64,000 nt of DNA from the human T2T-CHM13v2.0 reference genome, Homo sapiens: assembly GCF_009914755.1 (NCBI RefSeq), contig NC_060948.1; one strand, written 5' to 3'. The position numbers and the translations under genes are program-made. Shown piece by piece: positions 40,186 through 59,822 of the stretch (positions within the stretch are counted from its first letter, which is position 1; every line of letters begins with the position of its first letter). The notes under the pieces were generated by a model. That model ran no database searches. It was given only the letters and a program-made list of their open reading frames with translations, and was not told the DNA's origin.

Positions 40186-40477
40186 TTTTTTTTTAGACAG
40201 AATCTTGTCCTGTTGCACAAGGTGGGGTACAATGGCGCCATCTTTGCTCACTGCAACTTCTGCCTCACGGGTCCAAGCGATTGTCCTCCCTCAGCCTCCC
40301 AGGTAGCTGGGACTACACCACACTGGGACTACACCAGCTGCCACCATGCCTAGCTAATTTTTTGGATTTTTAGTAGTGACAGCGTTTCACTGTATTGGCC
40401 AGGATGGTCTTGATCTCTTCACCTTGTGATCCCCTTGCCTTGGCCTCCAAATTTGCTGGGATTACAGGCCTGAGCCA
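40186..40477 (-). mobile_element. Alu copy, unit 17
   Basis: Same element; cacaagg allele. Confidence 0.93.
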
Positions 40478-42605
40478 AGATCCATATTTTTTAAATGAAA
40501 AAAAATTTCAAAGGTACTCTGCTTGGTACAATAATCAAATGTATAAACTGAGGAATAAAACATAACCATGAAACCTACTTATAACTGCATATGGAAAATA
40601 CAGAGGATAATTTTTTAAATAACATATTTTGAAAGCCTTAACTAGTAATTTGAAGAGTTGGCATTTGAAAGGCCAGTATGAATATACCTTCAAAGCAGCA
40701 ACACAGGTTCCCCATGAGAAAAAGCAAACACAGGGGAAATAAAAACACAAAGGTTCAATCTCTTCTGACCTTTGAAAGACACAGCACAGACAGTGGTCCT
40801 TAGGACGAAGAGCAGGAGACCCCTAATTCCGTCACCATGGCGATAGGGCATAAACATTGCTGGGTGAGGGCACAATCCACATTGTGAGGTCCAACTGCTG
40901 CCAGGAAGACAGGAGTGCTTTTACATAGACCGAAAGGTCATTGAAGGCTCAGAGTTTTGTTTCAAGAACTGAATCCCAAGCCCACACGTTATTAGGCTGC
41001 GCTTCTTAAAACAAGTTATGAGATGGGAAAAAGGGCACCCACAAACATACGTATACATTATGTATATAATAATATACAGTATCATATATATAATATATAT
41101 AACCTATGTATAATATTGTTTTACATCCTGCATCTTATGTTATATATATTGTATAAAATATAATAATTGATAATATATAAGTTTTATAATTATACAATAT
41201 GACATATAGTATATATTATAATTTATGACATATATAATATATGTTATATATCATATATAGAATATATTATACGGTTAATATACGTATTAAATATAAATTA
41301 TACATTATATATATTATATATAATATATCTGTTATATATAATACCCATTATGCATAATATATATGTTATGTCTATGTTATATATAGTATAAAACAACATA
41401 TAATAATATATAATTGTACATATAAAATGTGACATATAATATATATTATATTTTATAACATATGTAATATATATTATATATTATATATAATACGTTGTAT
41501 GTATAATACCTATATTAAATATATATTATATGACTATGTTATTAATTACATGTCACATGTGTTATATATTATATATTTTACATAGAATATACCGGTTACA
41601 TACAATATATACTATGTTACCTATAATGTATAATTTATTACATGTAAAATAAAGAATGCAATATATTATGTATAATTTATAATATACAATATGTGGAATG
41701 TGATATATATAACATATAATATATGATATATGATATACAGTATATGATATATAACATACAATATATGATTCCTAATATATATGGTATACAATATATATTT
41801 TATGATATGTATTCTATATGTTTTATATTCTGTTATATATAACTATTTGAAATTATATATAACTGTATAATATTTTATGTAAATATGTAATATAATATAT
41901 ATAACTATATAATATATTATATATAACTATATATTATGTTATATATACTTTTATAACATAATTTACATAAAATATCATAATATAATATATATTATATTAT
42001 TTCATATTACATAATATATATTACATATCACCCAATATAACTAACATACATAATATTATAATATAGATTATATTGTGTTATATTAAATATCATATATATC
42101 ATGTATCATATATTCTATAATATATATTACACATTATATCATATGTATGTTGTCTATTATGTGATATATATAACTCTATATATAATTATATTTTTATACA
42201 TATAACTAGATAAACATGTAATTCTACATATTTTCATTTATAATATGTAGAATTATATAATCATATATAATTATTTATATTCTATAAAAAATTTTATCAT
42301 TATATAAATTATAATATATAAAAATTATAATATGTACTACAAATATATATATTATATATCATATATGATATAGTACCTTTGTTATATATCATAATACATA
42401 TAAATGTGTATTATGTTATATATAATTATATAATTTCATATATAAGATGTATAATATGTATCATATATTATATATGTTATGTAATATATACAGTATATAT
42501 AAGATGACACAGGATAAATATTATATACTATGACATATAAAATATATGAGGTTATATGTTACATATAAGGCATAGCACATAACATGTAATATATATCATA
42601 TATAA

Positions 42606-42897
42606 TTTTTTTTTAGACAGAATCTTGTCCTGTTGCACAAGGTGGGGTACAATGGGGCCATCTTTGCTCACTGCAACTTCTGCCTCACGGGTCCAAGCGA
42701 TTGTCCTCCCTCAGCCTCCCAGGTAGCTGGGACTACACCACACTGGGACTACACCAGCTGCCACCATGCCTAGCTAATTTTTTGGATTTTTAGTAGTGAC
42801 AGCGTTTCACTGTATTGGCCAGGATGGTCTTGATCTCTTCACCTTGTGATCCCCTTGCCTTGGCCTCCAAATTTGCTGGGATTACAGGCCTGAGCCA
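42606..42897 (-). mobile_element. Alu copy, unit 18
   Basis: Same element; cacaagg and tggggcc alleles. Confidence 0.93.
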
Positions 42898-45018
42898 AGA
42901 TCCATATTTTTTAAATGAAAAAAAATTTCAAAGGTACTCTGCTTGGTACAATAATCAAATGTATAAACTGAGGAATAAAACATAACCATGAAACCTACTT
43001 ATAACTGCATATGGAAAATACAGAGGATAATTTTTTAAATAACATATTTTGAAAGCCTTAACTAGTAATTTGAAGAGTTGGCATTTGAAAGGCCAGTATG
43101 AATATACCTTCAAAGCAGCAACACAGGTTCCCCATGAGAAAAAGCAAACACAGGGGAAATAAAAACACAAAGGTTCAATCTCTTCTGACCTTTGAAAGAC
43201 ACAGCACAGACAGTGGTCCTTAGGACGAAGAGCAGGAGACCCCTAATTCCGTCACCATGGCGATAGGGCATAAACATTGCTGGGTGAGGGCACAATCCAC
43301 ATTGTGAGGTCCAACTGCTGCCAGGAAGACAGGAGTGCTTTTACATAGACCGAAAGGTCATTGAAGGCTCAGAGTTTTGTTTCAAGAACTGAATCCCAAG
43401 CCCACACGTTATTAGGCTGCGCTTCTTAAAACAAGTTATGAGATGGGAAAAAGGGCACCCACAAACATACGTATACATTATGTATATAATAATATACAGT
43501 ATCATATATATAATATATATAACCTATGTATAATATTGTTTTACATCCTGCATCTTAAGTTATATATATTATATAAAATATAATAATTGATAATATATAA
43601 GTTTTATAATTATACAATATGACATATAGTATATATTATAATTTATGACATATATAATATATGTTATATATCATATATAGAATATATTATACGGTTAATA
43701 TACGTATTAAATATAAATTATACATTATATATATTATATATAATATATCTGTTATATATAATACCCATTATGCATAATATATATATTATGTCTATATTAT
43801 ATATAGTATAAAACAACATATAATAATATATAATTGTATATATAAAATGCGACATATAATATATATTATATTTTATAACATATGTAATATATATTATATA
43901 TAATACGTTGTATGTATAATACCTATATTAAATATATATTATATGACTATGTTATTAATTACATGTCACATGTGTTATATATTATATATTTTACATAGAA
44001 TATACCGGTTACATACAATATATACTATGTTACCTATAATGTATAATTTATTACATGTAAAATAAAGAATGCAATATATTATGTAAAATTTATAACATAC
44101 AATATGTGGAATGTGATATATATAACATATAATATATGATATATGATATACAGCATATGATATATAATATACAATATATGATTCCTAATATATATGGTAT
44201 ACAATATATATTATATGATATGTATTCTATATGTTTTATATTCTGTTATATATAACTATTTGAAATTACATATAACTGTATAATATTTTATGTAAATATG
44301 TAATATAATATATATAACTATATAATATATTATATATAACTATATATTATGTTATATATACTTTTATAACATAATTTACATAAAATATCATAATATAATA
44401 TATATTATATTATTTCATATTACATAATATATATTACATATCACCCAATATAACTAACATACATAATATTATAATATAGATTATATTATGTTATATTAAA
44501 TATCATATGTATCATGTATCATATATTCTATAATATATATTACACATTATATAATATGTATGTTGTCTATTATGTGATATATATAACTATATATATAATT
44601 ATATATTTATACATATAACTAGATAAACATGTAATTCTACATATTTTCATTTATAATATGTAGAATTATATAATCATATATAATTATTTATATTCTATAA
44701 AAAATTTTATCATTATATAAATTATAATATATAAAAATTATAATATGTACTACAAATATATATATTATATATCATATATGATATAGTACCTTTGTTATAT
44801 ATCATAATACATATAAATGTGTATTATGTTATCTATAATTATATAATTTCATATATAAGATGTATAATATGTATCATATATTATATATGTTATGTAATAT
44901 ATACAGTATATATAAGATGACACAGGATAAATATTATATACTATGACATATAAAATATATGAGGTTATATGTTACATATAAGGCATAGCACATAACATGT
45001 AATATATATCATATATAA

Positions 45019-45310
45019 TTTTTTTTTAGACAGAATCTTGTCCTGTTGCACAGGGTGGGGTACAATGGCGCCATCTTTGCTCACTGCAACTTCTGCCTCA
45101 CAGGTCCAAGCGATTGTCCTCCCTCAGCCTCCCAGGTAGTTGGGACTACACCACACTGGGACTACACCAGCTGCCACCATGCCTAGCTAATTTTTTGGAT
45201 TTTTAGTAGTGACAGCGTTTCACTGTATTGGCCAGGATGGTCTTGATCTCTTCACCTTGTGATCCCCTTGCCTTGGCCTCCAAATTTGCTGGGATTACAG
45301 GCCTGAGCCA
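45019..45310 (-). mobile_element. Alu copy, unit 19
   Basis: Same element; cacaggtcc allele. Confidence 0.93.
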
Positions 45311-47415
45311 AGATCCATATTTTTTAAATGAAAAAAAATTTCAAAGGTACTCTGCTTGGTACAATAATCAAATGTATAAACTGAGGAATAAAACATAACC
45401 ATGAAACCTACTTATAACTGCATATGGAAAATACAGAGGATAATTTTTTAAATAACATATTTTGAAAGCCTTAACTAGTAATTTGAAGAGTTGGCATTTG
45501 AAAGGCCAGTATGAATATACCTTCAAAGCAGCAACACAGGTTCCCCATGAGAATAAGCAAACACAGGGGAAATAAAAACACAAAGGTTCAATCTCTTCTG
45601 ACCTTTGAAAGACACAGCACAGACAGTGGTCCTTAGGACGAAGAGCAGGAGACCCCTAATTCCGTCACCATGGCGATAGGGCATAAACATTGCTGGGTGA
45701 GGGCACAATCCACATTGTGAGGTCCAACTGCTGCCAGGAATACAGGAGTGCTTTTACATAGACCGAAAGGTCATTGAAGGCTCAGAGTTTTGTTTCAAGA
45801 ACTGAATCCCAAGCCCACACGTTATTAGGCTGCGCTTCTTAAAACAAGTTATGAGATGGGAAAAAGGGCACCCACAAACATACGTATACATTATGTATAT
45901 AATAATATACAGTATCATATATATAATATATATAACCTATGTATAATATTGTTTTACATCCTGCATCTTATGTTATATATATTGTATAAAATATAATAAT
46001 TGATAATATATAAGTTTTATAATTATACAATAAGACATATAGTATATATTATAATTTATGACATATATAGTATATGTTATATATCATATATAGAATATAT
46101 TATACGGTTAATATACGTATTAAATATAAATTATACATTATATATATTATATATAATATATCTGTTATATATAATACCCATTATGCATAATATATATATT
46201 ATGTCTATGTTATATATAGTATAAAACAACATATAATAATATATAATTGTATATATAAAATGCCACATGTAATATATATTATATTTTCTAACATATGTAA
46301 TATATATTATATATTATATATAATACGTTGTATGTATAATACCTATATTAAATATATGTTATATGACTATGTTATTAATTACATGTCACATGTGTTATAT
46401 ATTATATATTTTACATAGAATATACCGGTTACATACAATATATACTATGTTACGTATAATGTATAATTTATTACATGTAAAATAAAGAATGCAATATATT
46501 ATGTATAATTTATAATATACAATATGTGGAATGTGATATATATAACATATAATATATGATATATGATATACAGTATATGATATATAACATACAATATATG
46601 ATTCCTAATATATATGGTATACAATATATATTTTATGATATGTATTCTATATGTTTTATATTCTGTTATATATAACTATTTGAAATTATATATAACTGTA
46701 TAATATTTTATGTAAATATGTAATATAATATATATAAGTATATAATATATTATATATAACTCTATATTATGTTATATATTCTTTTATAACATAATTTACA
46801 TAAAATATCATAATATAATATATATTATATTATTTCATATTACATAATATATATTACATATCACCCAATATAACTATCATACATAATATTATAATATTGA
46901 TTATATTATGTTATGTTAAATATCATATATATCATGTATCATATATTCTATAATATATATTACACATTATATAATATGTATGTTGTCTATTATGTGATAT
47001 ATATAACTCTATATATAATTATATTTTTATACATATAACTAGATAAACATGTAATTCTACATATTTTCATTTATAATATGTAGAATTATATAATCATATA
47101 TAATTATTTATATTCTATAAAAAATTTTATCATTATATAAATTATAATATATAAAAATTATAATATGTACTACAAATATATATATTATATATCATATATG
47201 ATATAGTACCTTTGTTATATATCATAATACATATAAATGTGTATTATGTTATCTATAATTATATAATTTCATATATAAGATGTATAATATGTATCATATA
47301 TTATATATGTTATGTAATATATATAGAATATATAAGATGACACAGGATAAATATTATATACTATGACATATAAAATATATGAGGTTATATGTTACATATA
47401 AGGCATAGCACATAA

Positions 47416-47730
<315 letters not shown>

Positions 47731-49848
47731 AGATCCATATTTTTTAAATGAAAAAAAATTTCAAAGGTACTCTGCTTGGTACAATAATCAAATGTATAAA
47801 CTGAGGAATAAAACATAACCATGAAACCTACTTATAACTGCATATGGAAAATACAGAGGATAATTTTTTAAATAACATATTTTGAAAGCCTTAACTAGTA
47901 ATTTGAAGAGTTGGCATTTGAAAGGCCAGTATGAATATACCTTCAAAGCAGCAACACAGGTTCCCCATGAGAAAAAGCAAACACAGGGAAAATAAAACCA
48001 CAAAGGTTCAATCTCTTCTGACCTTTGAAAGACACAGCACAGACAGTGGTCCTTAGGACGAAGAGCAGGAGACCCCTAATTCCGTCACCATGGCGATAGG
48101 GCATAAACATTGCTGGGTGAGGGCACAATCCACATTGTGAGGTCCAACTGCTGCCAGGAAGACAGGAGTGCTTTTACATAGACCGAAAGGTCATTGAAGG
48201 CTCAGAGTTTTGTTTCAAGAACTGAATCCCAAGCCCACACGTTATTAGGCTGCGCTTCTTAAAACAAGTTATGAGATGGGAAAAAGGGCACCCACAAACA
48301 TACGTATACATTATGTATATAATAATATACAGTATCATATATATAATATATATAACCTATGTATAATATTGTTTTACATCCTGCATCTTATGTTATATAT
48401 ATTGTATAAAATATAATAATTGATAATATATAAGTTTTATAATTATACAATACGACATATAGTATATATTATAATTTATGACATATATAATATATGTTAT
48501 ATATCATATATAGAATATATTATACGGTTAATATACGTATTAAATTTAAATTATACATTATATATATTATATATAATATATCTGTTATATATAATACCCA
48601 TTATGCATAATATATATATTATGTCTATGTTATATATAGTATAAAACAACATATAATAATATATAATTGTATATATAAAATGCGACATATAATATATATT
48701 ATATTTTATAACATATGTAATATATATTATATATAATACGTTGTATGTATAATACCTATATTAAATATATATTATATGACTATGTTATTAATTACATGTC
48801 ACATGTGTTATATATTATATATTTTACATAGAATATACCGGTTATATACAATATATACTATGTTACCTATAATGTATAATTTATTGCATGTAAAATAAAG
48901 AATGCAATATATTATGTATAATTTATAATATACAATATGTGGAATGTGATATATATTACATATAATATATGATATATGATATACAGTATATGATATATAA
49001 CATACAATATATGATTCCTAATACATATGGTATACAATATATATTTTATGATATGTATTCTATATGTTTTATATTCTGTTATATATAACTATTTGAAATT
49101 ATACATAACTGTATAATATTTTATGTAAATATGTAATATAATATATATAACTATATAATATATTATACATAACTATATATTATGTTATATATACTTTTAT
49201 AACATAATTTAAATAAAATACCATAATATAATATATATTATATTATTTCATATTACATAATATATATTACATATCACCCAATATAAGTAACATACATATT
49301 ATAATATAGATTATATTATGTTATATTAAATATCATATATATCATGAATCATATATTCTATAATATATATTACACATTATATAATATGTATGTTGTCTAT
49401 TATGTGATATATATAACTCTATATATAATTATATTTTTATGCATATAACTAGATAAACATGTAATTCTACATATTTTCATTTATAATATGTAGAATTATA
49501 TAATCATATATAATTATTTATATTCTATAAAAAATTTTATCATTATATAAATTATAATATATAAAAATCAATATATGTACTACAAATATATATATTATAT
49601 ATCATATATGATATAGTACCTTTGTTATATATCATAATACATATAAATGTGTATTATGTTATCTATAATTATATAATTTCATATATAAGATGTATAATAT
49701 GTATCATATATTATATATGTTATGTAATATATATAGTATATATAAGATCACACAGGATAAATATTATATACTATGACATATAAAATATATGAGGTTATAT
49801 GTTACATATAAGGCATAGCACATAACATGTAATATATATCATATATAA

Positions 49849-50140
49849 TTTTTTTTTAGACAGAATCTTGTCCTGTTGCACAGGGTGGGGTACAATGGCG
49901 CCATCTTTGCTCACTGCAACTTCTGCCTCACAGGTCCAAGCGATTGTCCTCCCTCAGCCTCCCAGGTAGCTGGGAATACACCACACTGGGACTACACCAG
50001 CTGCCACCATGCCTAGCTAATTTTTTGGATTTTTAGTAGTGACAGCGTTTCACTGTATTGGCCAGGATGGTCTTGATCTCTTCACCTTGTGATCCCCTTG
50101 CCTTGGCCTCCAAATTTGCTGGGATTACAGGCCTGAGCCA
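49849..50140 (-). mobile_element. Alu copy, unit 21
   Basis: Same element; cacaggtcc allele. Confidence 0.93.
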
Positions 50141-52270
50141 AGATCCATATTTTTTAAATGAAAAAAAATTTCAAAGGTACTCTGCTTGGTACAATAATCA
50201 AATGTATAAACTGAGGAATAAAACATAACCATGAAACCTACTTATAACTGCATATGGAAAATACAGAGGATAATTTTTTAAATAACATATTTTGAAAGCC
50301 TTAACTAGTAATTTGAAGAGTTGGCATTTGAAAGGCCAGTATGAATATACCTTCAAAGCAGCAACACAGGTTCCCCATGAGAAAAAGCAAACACAGGGAA
50401 AATAAAAACACAAAGGTTCAATCTCTTCTGACCTTTGAAAGACACAGCACAGACAGTGGTCCTTAGGACGAAGAGCAGGAGAACCCTAATTCCGTCACCA
50501 TGGCGATAGGGCATAAACATTGCTGGGTGAGGGCACAATCCACATTGTGAGGTCCAACTGCTGCCAGGAAGACAGGAGTGCTTTTACATAGACCGAAAGG
50601 TCATTGAAGGCTCAGAGTTTTGTTTCAAGAACTGAATCCCAAGCCCACACGTTATTAGGCTGCGCTTCCTAAAACAAGTTATGAGATGGGAAAAAGGGCA
50701 CCCACAAACATACGTATACATTATGTATATAATAATATACAGTATCATATATATAATATATATAACCTATGTATAATATTGTTTTACATCCTGCATCTTA
50801 TGTTATATATATTGTATAAAATATAATAATTGATAATATATAAGTTTTATAATTATACAATATGACATATAGTATATAGTATAATTTATGACATATATAA
50901 TATATGTTATATATCATATATAGAATATATTATACGGTTAATATACGTATTAAATATAAATTATACATTATATATATTATATATAATATATCTGTTATAT
51001 ATAATACCCATTATGCATAATATATATATTATGTCTATGTTATATATAGTATAAAACAACATCTAATAATATATAATTGTATATATAAAATGCGACATAT
51101 AATATATATATTATTTTATGACATATGTAATATATATTATATATTATATATAATACGTTGTATGTATAATACCTATATTAAATATATATTATATGACTAT
51201 GTTATTAATTACATGTCACATGTGTTATATATTATATATTTTACATAGAATATACCGGTTACATACAATATATACTATGTTACCTATAATGTATAATTTA
51301 TTACATGTAAAATAAAGAATGCAATATATTATGTATAATTTATAATATACAATATGTGGAATGTGATATATATAACATATAATATATGATATATGATATA
51401 CAGTATATGATATATAACATACAATATATGATACCTAGTATATATGGTATACAATATATATTTTATGATATGTATTCTATATGTTATATATTCTGTTATA
51501 TATAACTGTTTGAAATTATATATAACTGTATAATATTTTATGTAAATATGTAATATAATATATATAACTATATAATATATTATATATAACTATATATTAT
51601 GTTATATATACTTTTATATCATAATTTACATAAAATGTCATAATATAATATATAATATATTATTTCATATTACATAATATATATTACATATCACCCAATA
51701 TAATTAACATACATAATATTATAATATAGATTATATTATGTTATATTAAATATCATATATATCATGTATCATATATTCTATAATATATATTATGCATTAT
51801 ATAATATGTATGTTGTCTATTATGTGATATATATAACTATATATATATAATTATATTATTATACATATAACTAGATAAACATGTAATTCGATATATTTTC
51901 ATTTATAATATATAGAATTATATAATCATATATAATTATTTATATTCTATAAAAAATTATATCATTATATAAATTATAATATATAAAAATTATAACATGT
52001 ACTACAAATATATATATTATATATCATATATGATATAGCACCTTTGTTATATATGATAATACATACAAATGTGTATTATGTTATCTATAATTTTAAAATT
52101 CTATATATAAGATGTATAATATGTATTATATATTATATATGTTATGTAATATATATAGTATATATAAGATGACACAGGATAAATATTATATACTATGACA
52201 TATAAAATATATGAGGTTATATGTTACGTATAAGGCATAGCACATAACACGTAATATATATCATATATAA

Positions 52271-52562
<292 letters not shown>

Positions 52563-54690
52563 AGATCCATATTTTTTAAAAGAAAAAAAATTTCAAAGGT
52601 ACTCTGCTTGGTACAATAATCAAATGTATAAACTGAGGAATAAAACATAACCATGAAACCTACTTATAAATGTATACGGAAAATACAGAGGATAATTTTT
52701 TAAATAACATATTTTGAAAGCCTTAACTAGTAATTTGAAGAGTTGGCATTTGAAAGGCCAGTTTGAATATACCTTCAAAGCATCAACACAGGTTCCCCAT
52801 GAGAAAAAGCAAACTCAGGGAAAATAAAACCACAAAGGTTCAATCTCTTCTGACCTTTGAAAGACACAGCACAGACAGTGGTCCTTAGGACGAAGAGCAG
52901 GAGACCCCTAATTCCGTCACCATGGCGATAGGGCATAAACATTGCTGGGTGAGGGCACAATCCACATTGTGAGGTCCAACTGCTGCCAGGAAGACAGGAG
53001 TGCTTTTACATAGACCGAAAGGTCATTGAAGGCTCAGAGTTTTGTTTCAAGAACTGAATCCCAAGCCCACACGTTATTAGGCTGCGCTTCTTAAAACAAG
53101 TTATGAGATGGGAAAAAGGGCACCCACAAACATTCGTATACATTATTTATATAATAATATACAGTATCATATATATAATATATATAACCTATGTATAATA
53201 TTGTTTTACATCCTGCATCTTATAATATATATATTGTATAAAATATAATAATTGATAATATATAAGTTTTATATTTATACAATATGACATATAGTATATA
53301 TTATAATTTATGACATATATAATATATGTTATATATCATATATAGAATATATTATACGGTTAATATACGTATTAAATATAAATTATACATTGTATATATT
53401 ATATATTATATATCTGTTATATATAATACCCATTATGCATAATATATATGTTATGTCTATGTTATATATAGTATAAAACAACATATAATAATATATAATT
53501 GTATATATAAAATGCGACATATAATATATATTATATTTTGTGACATATGTAATATATATTATATAGTATATATAATACGTTGTATGTATAATACCTATAT
53601 TAAATATATATTATATGACTATGTTATTAATTACATGTCACATATGTTATATATTATATATTTTACATAGAATATACCGGTTACATACAATATATACTAT
53701 GTTACCTATAATGTATAATTGATTACTTGTAAAATAAAGAATGCAATATATTATGTATAATTTATAATATACAATATGTGGAATGTGATATATATAACAT
53801 ATAATGTATGATATAAGATATACAGTATATGATATATAACATACAATATATGATACCTAATATATATGGTATACAATTTATATTTTATGATATGTATTCT
53901 ATATGTTTTATATTCTGTTATATATAACTATTTGAAATTATATATAACTGTATAATATTTTATGTAAATATGTAATATAATATTTATAACCATATAATAT
54001 ATTATATATAACTATATATTATGTTATATATACTTTTATAACATAATTTACATAAAATATCATAATATAATATATATTATATTATTTCATATTACATAAT
54101 ATATATTACATATCACCCAATATAATTAACATACATAATATTATAATATAGATTATATTATGTTATATTAAATATCATATATATCATGTATCATATATTC
54201 TATAATATATATTATACATTATATAATATGTATGTTGTCTATTATGTGATATATATAACTATATATATAATTATATTATTATACATATAACTAGATAAAC
54301 ATGTAATTCGACATATTTTCATTTATAATATATAGAATTATATAATCATATATAATTATTTATATTCTATAAAAAATTATATCATTATAAAAATTATAAT
54401 ATATAAAAATTATAACATGTACTACAAATATATATATTATATATCATATATGATATAGCACCTTTGTTATATATCATAATACATACAAATGTGTATTATG
54501 TTATCTATAATTGTAAAATTTCATATATAAGATGTATAATGTGTATTATATATTATATATGTTATGTAATATATGTAGTATATATAAGATGACACAGGAT
54601 AAATATTATATACTATGACATATAAAATATATGAGGTTATATGTTACGTATAAGGCATAGCACATAACACGTAATATATATCATATATAA

Positions 54691-54982
<292 letters not shown>

Positions 54983-57110
54983 AGATCCATATTTTTTAAA
55001 AGAAAAAAAATTTCAAAGGTACTCTGCTTGGCACAATAATCAAATGTATAAACTGAGGAATAAAACATAACCATGAAACATACTTATAACTGTATACGGA
55101 AAATACAGAGGATAATTTTTTAAATAACATATTTTGAAAGCCTTAACTAGTAATTTGAAGAGTTGGCATTTGAAAGGCCAGTATGAATATACCTTCAAAG
55201 CAGCAACACAGGTTCCCCATGAGAAAAAGCAAACTCAGGGAAAATAAAACCACAAAGGTTCAATCTCTTCTGACCTTTGAAAGACACAGCACAGACAGTG
55301 GTCCTTAGGACGAAGAGCAGGAGACCCCTAATTCCGTCACCATGGCGATAGGGCATAAACATTGCTGGGTGAGGGCACAATCCACATTGTGAGGTCCAAC
55401 TGCTGCCAGGAAGACAGGAGTGCTTTTACATAGACCGAAAGGTCATTGAAGGCTCAGAGTTTTGTTTCAAGAACTGAATCCCAAGCCCACACGTTATTAG
55501 GCTGCGCTTCTTAAAACAAGTTATGAGATGGGAAAAAGGGCACCCACAAACATACGTATACATTATGTATATACTAATATACAGTATCATATATATAATA
55601 TATATAACCTATGTATAATATTGTTTTACATCCTGCATCTTATAATATATATATTGTATAAAATATAATAATTGATAATATATAAGTTTTATATTTATAC
55701 AATATGACATATAGTATATATTATAATTTATGACATATATAATATATGTTATATATCATATATAGAATATATTATACGGTTAATATACGTATTAAATATA
55801 AATTATACTTTATGTATATTATATATAATATATCTGTTATATAAAATACCCATTATGCATAATATATATGTTATGTCTATGTTATATATAGTATAAAACA
55901 ACATATAATAATATATAATTGTATATATAAAATGCGACATATAATATATATTATATTTTGTGACATATGTAAAATATATTATATATTATATATAATACGT
56001 TGTATGTATAATACCTATATTAAATATATATTATATGACTATGTTATTAATTACATGTCACATATGTTATATATTATATATTTTACATAGAATATACCGG
56101 TTACATACAATATATACTATGTTACCTATAATGTATAATTGATTACATGTAAAATAAAGAATGCAATATATTATGTATAATTTATAATATACAATATGTG
56201 GAATGTGATATATATAACATATAATGTATGATATAAGATATACAGTATATGATATATAACATACAATATATGATACCTAATATATATGGTATACAATATA
56301 TATTTTATGATATGTATTCTATATGTTTTATATTCTGTTATATATAACTATTTGAAATTATATATAACTGTATAATATTTTATGTAAATATGTAATATAA
56401 TATTTATAACCATATAATATATTATATATAACTATATATTATGTTATATATACTTTTATAACATAATTTACATAAAATATCATAATATAATATATATTAT
56501 ATTATTTCATATTACATAATATATATTACATATCACCCAATATAATTAACATACATAATATTATAATATAGTTTATATTATGTTATATTAAATATCATAT
56601 ATATCATGTATCATATATTCTATAATATATATTATACATTATATAATATGTATGTTGTCTATTATGTGATATATATAACTATATATATAATTATATTATT
56701 ATACATATAACTAGATAAACATGTAATTCGACATATTTTCATTTATAATATATAGAATTATATAATCATATATAATTATTTATATTCTATAAAAAATTAT
56801 ATCATTATATAAATTATAATATATAAAAATTATAACATGTACTACAAATATATATATTATATATCATATATGATATAGCACCTTTGTTATATATCATAAT
56901 ACATACAAATGTGTATTATGTTATCTATAATTGTAAAATTTCATATATAAGATGTATAATGTGTATTATATATTATATATGTTATGTAATATATGTAGTA
57001 TATATAAGATGACACAGGATAAATATTATATACTATGACATATAAAATATATGAGGTTATATGTTACGTATAAGGCATAGCACATAACACGTAATATATA
57101 TCATATATAA

Positions 57111-57402
<292 letters not shown>

Positions 57403-59530
57403 AGATCCATATTTTTTAAAAGAAAAAAAATTTCAAAGGTACTCTGCTTGGTACAATAATCAAATGTATAAACTGAGGAATAAAACATAACCATGAAACC
57501 TACTTATAACTGTATACGGAAAATACAGAGGATAATTTTTTAAATAACATATTTTGAAAGCCTTAACTAGTAATTTGAAGAGTTGGCATTTGAAAGGCCA
57601 GTATGAATATGCCTTCAAAGCAGCAACACAGGTTCCCCATGAGAAAAAGCAAACTCAGGGAAAATAAAACCACAAAGGTTCAATCTCTTCTGACCTTTGA
57701 AAGACACAGCACAGACAGTGGTCCTTAGGACGAAGAGCAGGAGACCCCTAATTCCGTCACCATGGCGATAGGGCATAAACATTGCTGGGTGAGGGCACAA
57801 TCCACATTGTGAGGTCCAACTGCTGCCAGGAAGACAGGAGTGCTTTTACATAGACCGAAAGGTCATTGAAGGCTCAGAGTTTTGTTTCAAGAACTGAATC
57901 CCAAGCCCACACGTTATTAGGCTGCGCTTCTTAAAACAAGTTATGAGATGGGAAAAAGGGCACCCACAAACATACGTATACATTATGTATATAATAATAT
58001 ACAGTATCATATATATAATATATATAACCTATGTATAATATTGTTTTACATCCTGCATCTTATAATATATATATTGTATAAAATATAATAATTGATAATA
58101 TATAAGTTTTATATTTATACAATATGACATATAGTATATATTATAATTTATGACATATATAATATATGTTATATATCATATATAGAATATATTATACGGT
58201 TAATATACGTATTAAATATAAATTATACTTTATATATATTATATATAATATATCTGTTATATAAAATACCCATTATGCATAATATATATGTTATGTCTAT
58301 GTTATATATAGTATAAAACAACATATAATAATATATAATTGTATATATAAAATGCGACATATAATATATATTATATTTTGTGACATATGTAATATATATT
58401 ATATATTATATATAATACGTTGTATGTATAATACCTATATTAAATATATATTATATGACTATGTTATTAATTACATGTCACATATGTTATATATTATATA
58501 TTTTACATAGAATATACCGGTTACATACAATATATACTATGTTACCTATAATGTATAATTTATTACATGTAAAATAAAGAATGCAATATATTATGTATAA
58601 TTTATAATATACAATATGTGGAATGTGATATATATAACACATAATATATGATATAAGATATACAGTATATGATATATAACATACAATATATGATACCTAA
58701 TATATATGGTATACAATATATATTTTATGATATGTATTCTATATGTTTTATATTCTGTTATATATAACTATTTGAAATTATATATAACTGTATAATATTT
58801 TATGTAAATATGTAATATAATATATATAACCATATAATATATTATATATAACTATATATTATGTTATATATACTTTTATAACATAATTTACATAAAATAT
58901 CATAATATAATATATATTATATTATTTCATATTACATAATATATATTACATATCACCCAATATAATTAACATACATAATATTATAATATAGATTATATTA
59001 TGTTATATTAAATATCATATATATCATGTATCATATATTCTATAATATATATTATACATTATATAATATGTATGTTGTCTATTATGTGATATATATAACT
59101 ATATATATAATTATATTATTATACATATAACTAGATAAACATGTAATTCGACATATTTTCATTTATAATATATAGAATTATATAATCATATATAATTATT
59201 TATATTCTATAAAAAATTATATCATTATATAAATTATAATATATAAAAATTATAACATGTACTACAAATATATATATTATATATCATATATGATATAGCA
59301 CCTTTGTTATATATCATAATACATACAAATGTGTATTATGTTATCTATAATTGTAAAATTTCATATATAAGATGTATAATGTGTATTATATATTATATAT
59401 GTTATGTAATATATGTAGTATATATAAGATGACACAGGATAAATATTATATACTATGACATATAAAATATATGAGGTTATATGTTACGTATAAGGCATAG
59501 CACATAACACGTAATATATATCATATATAA

Positions 59531-59822
<292 letters not shown>
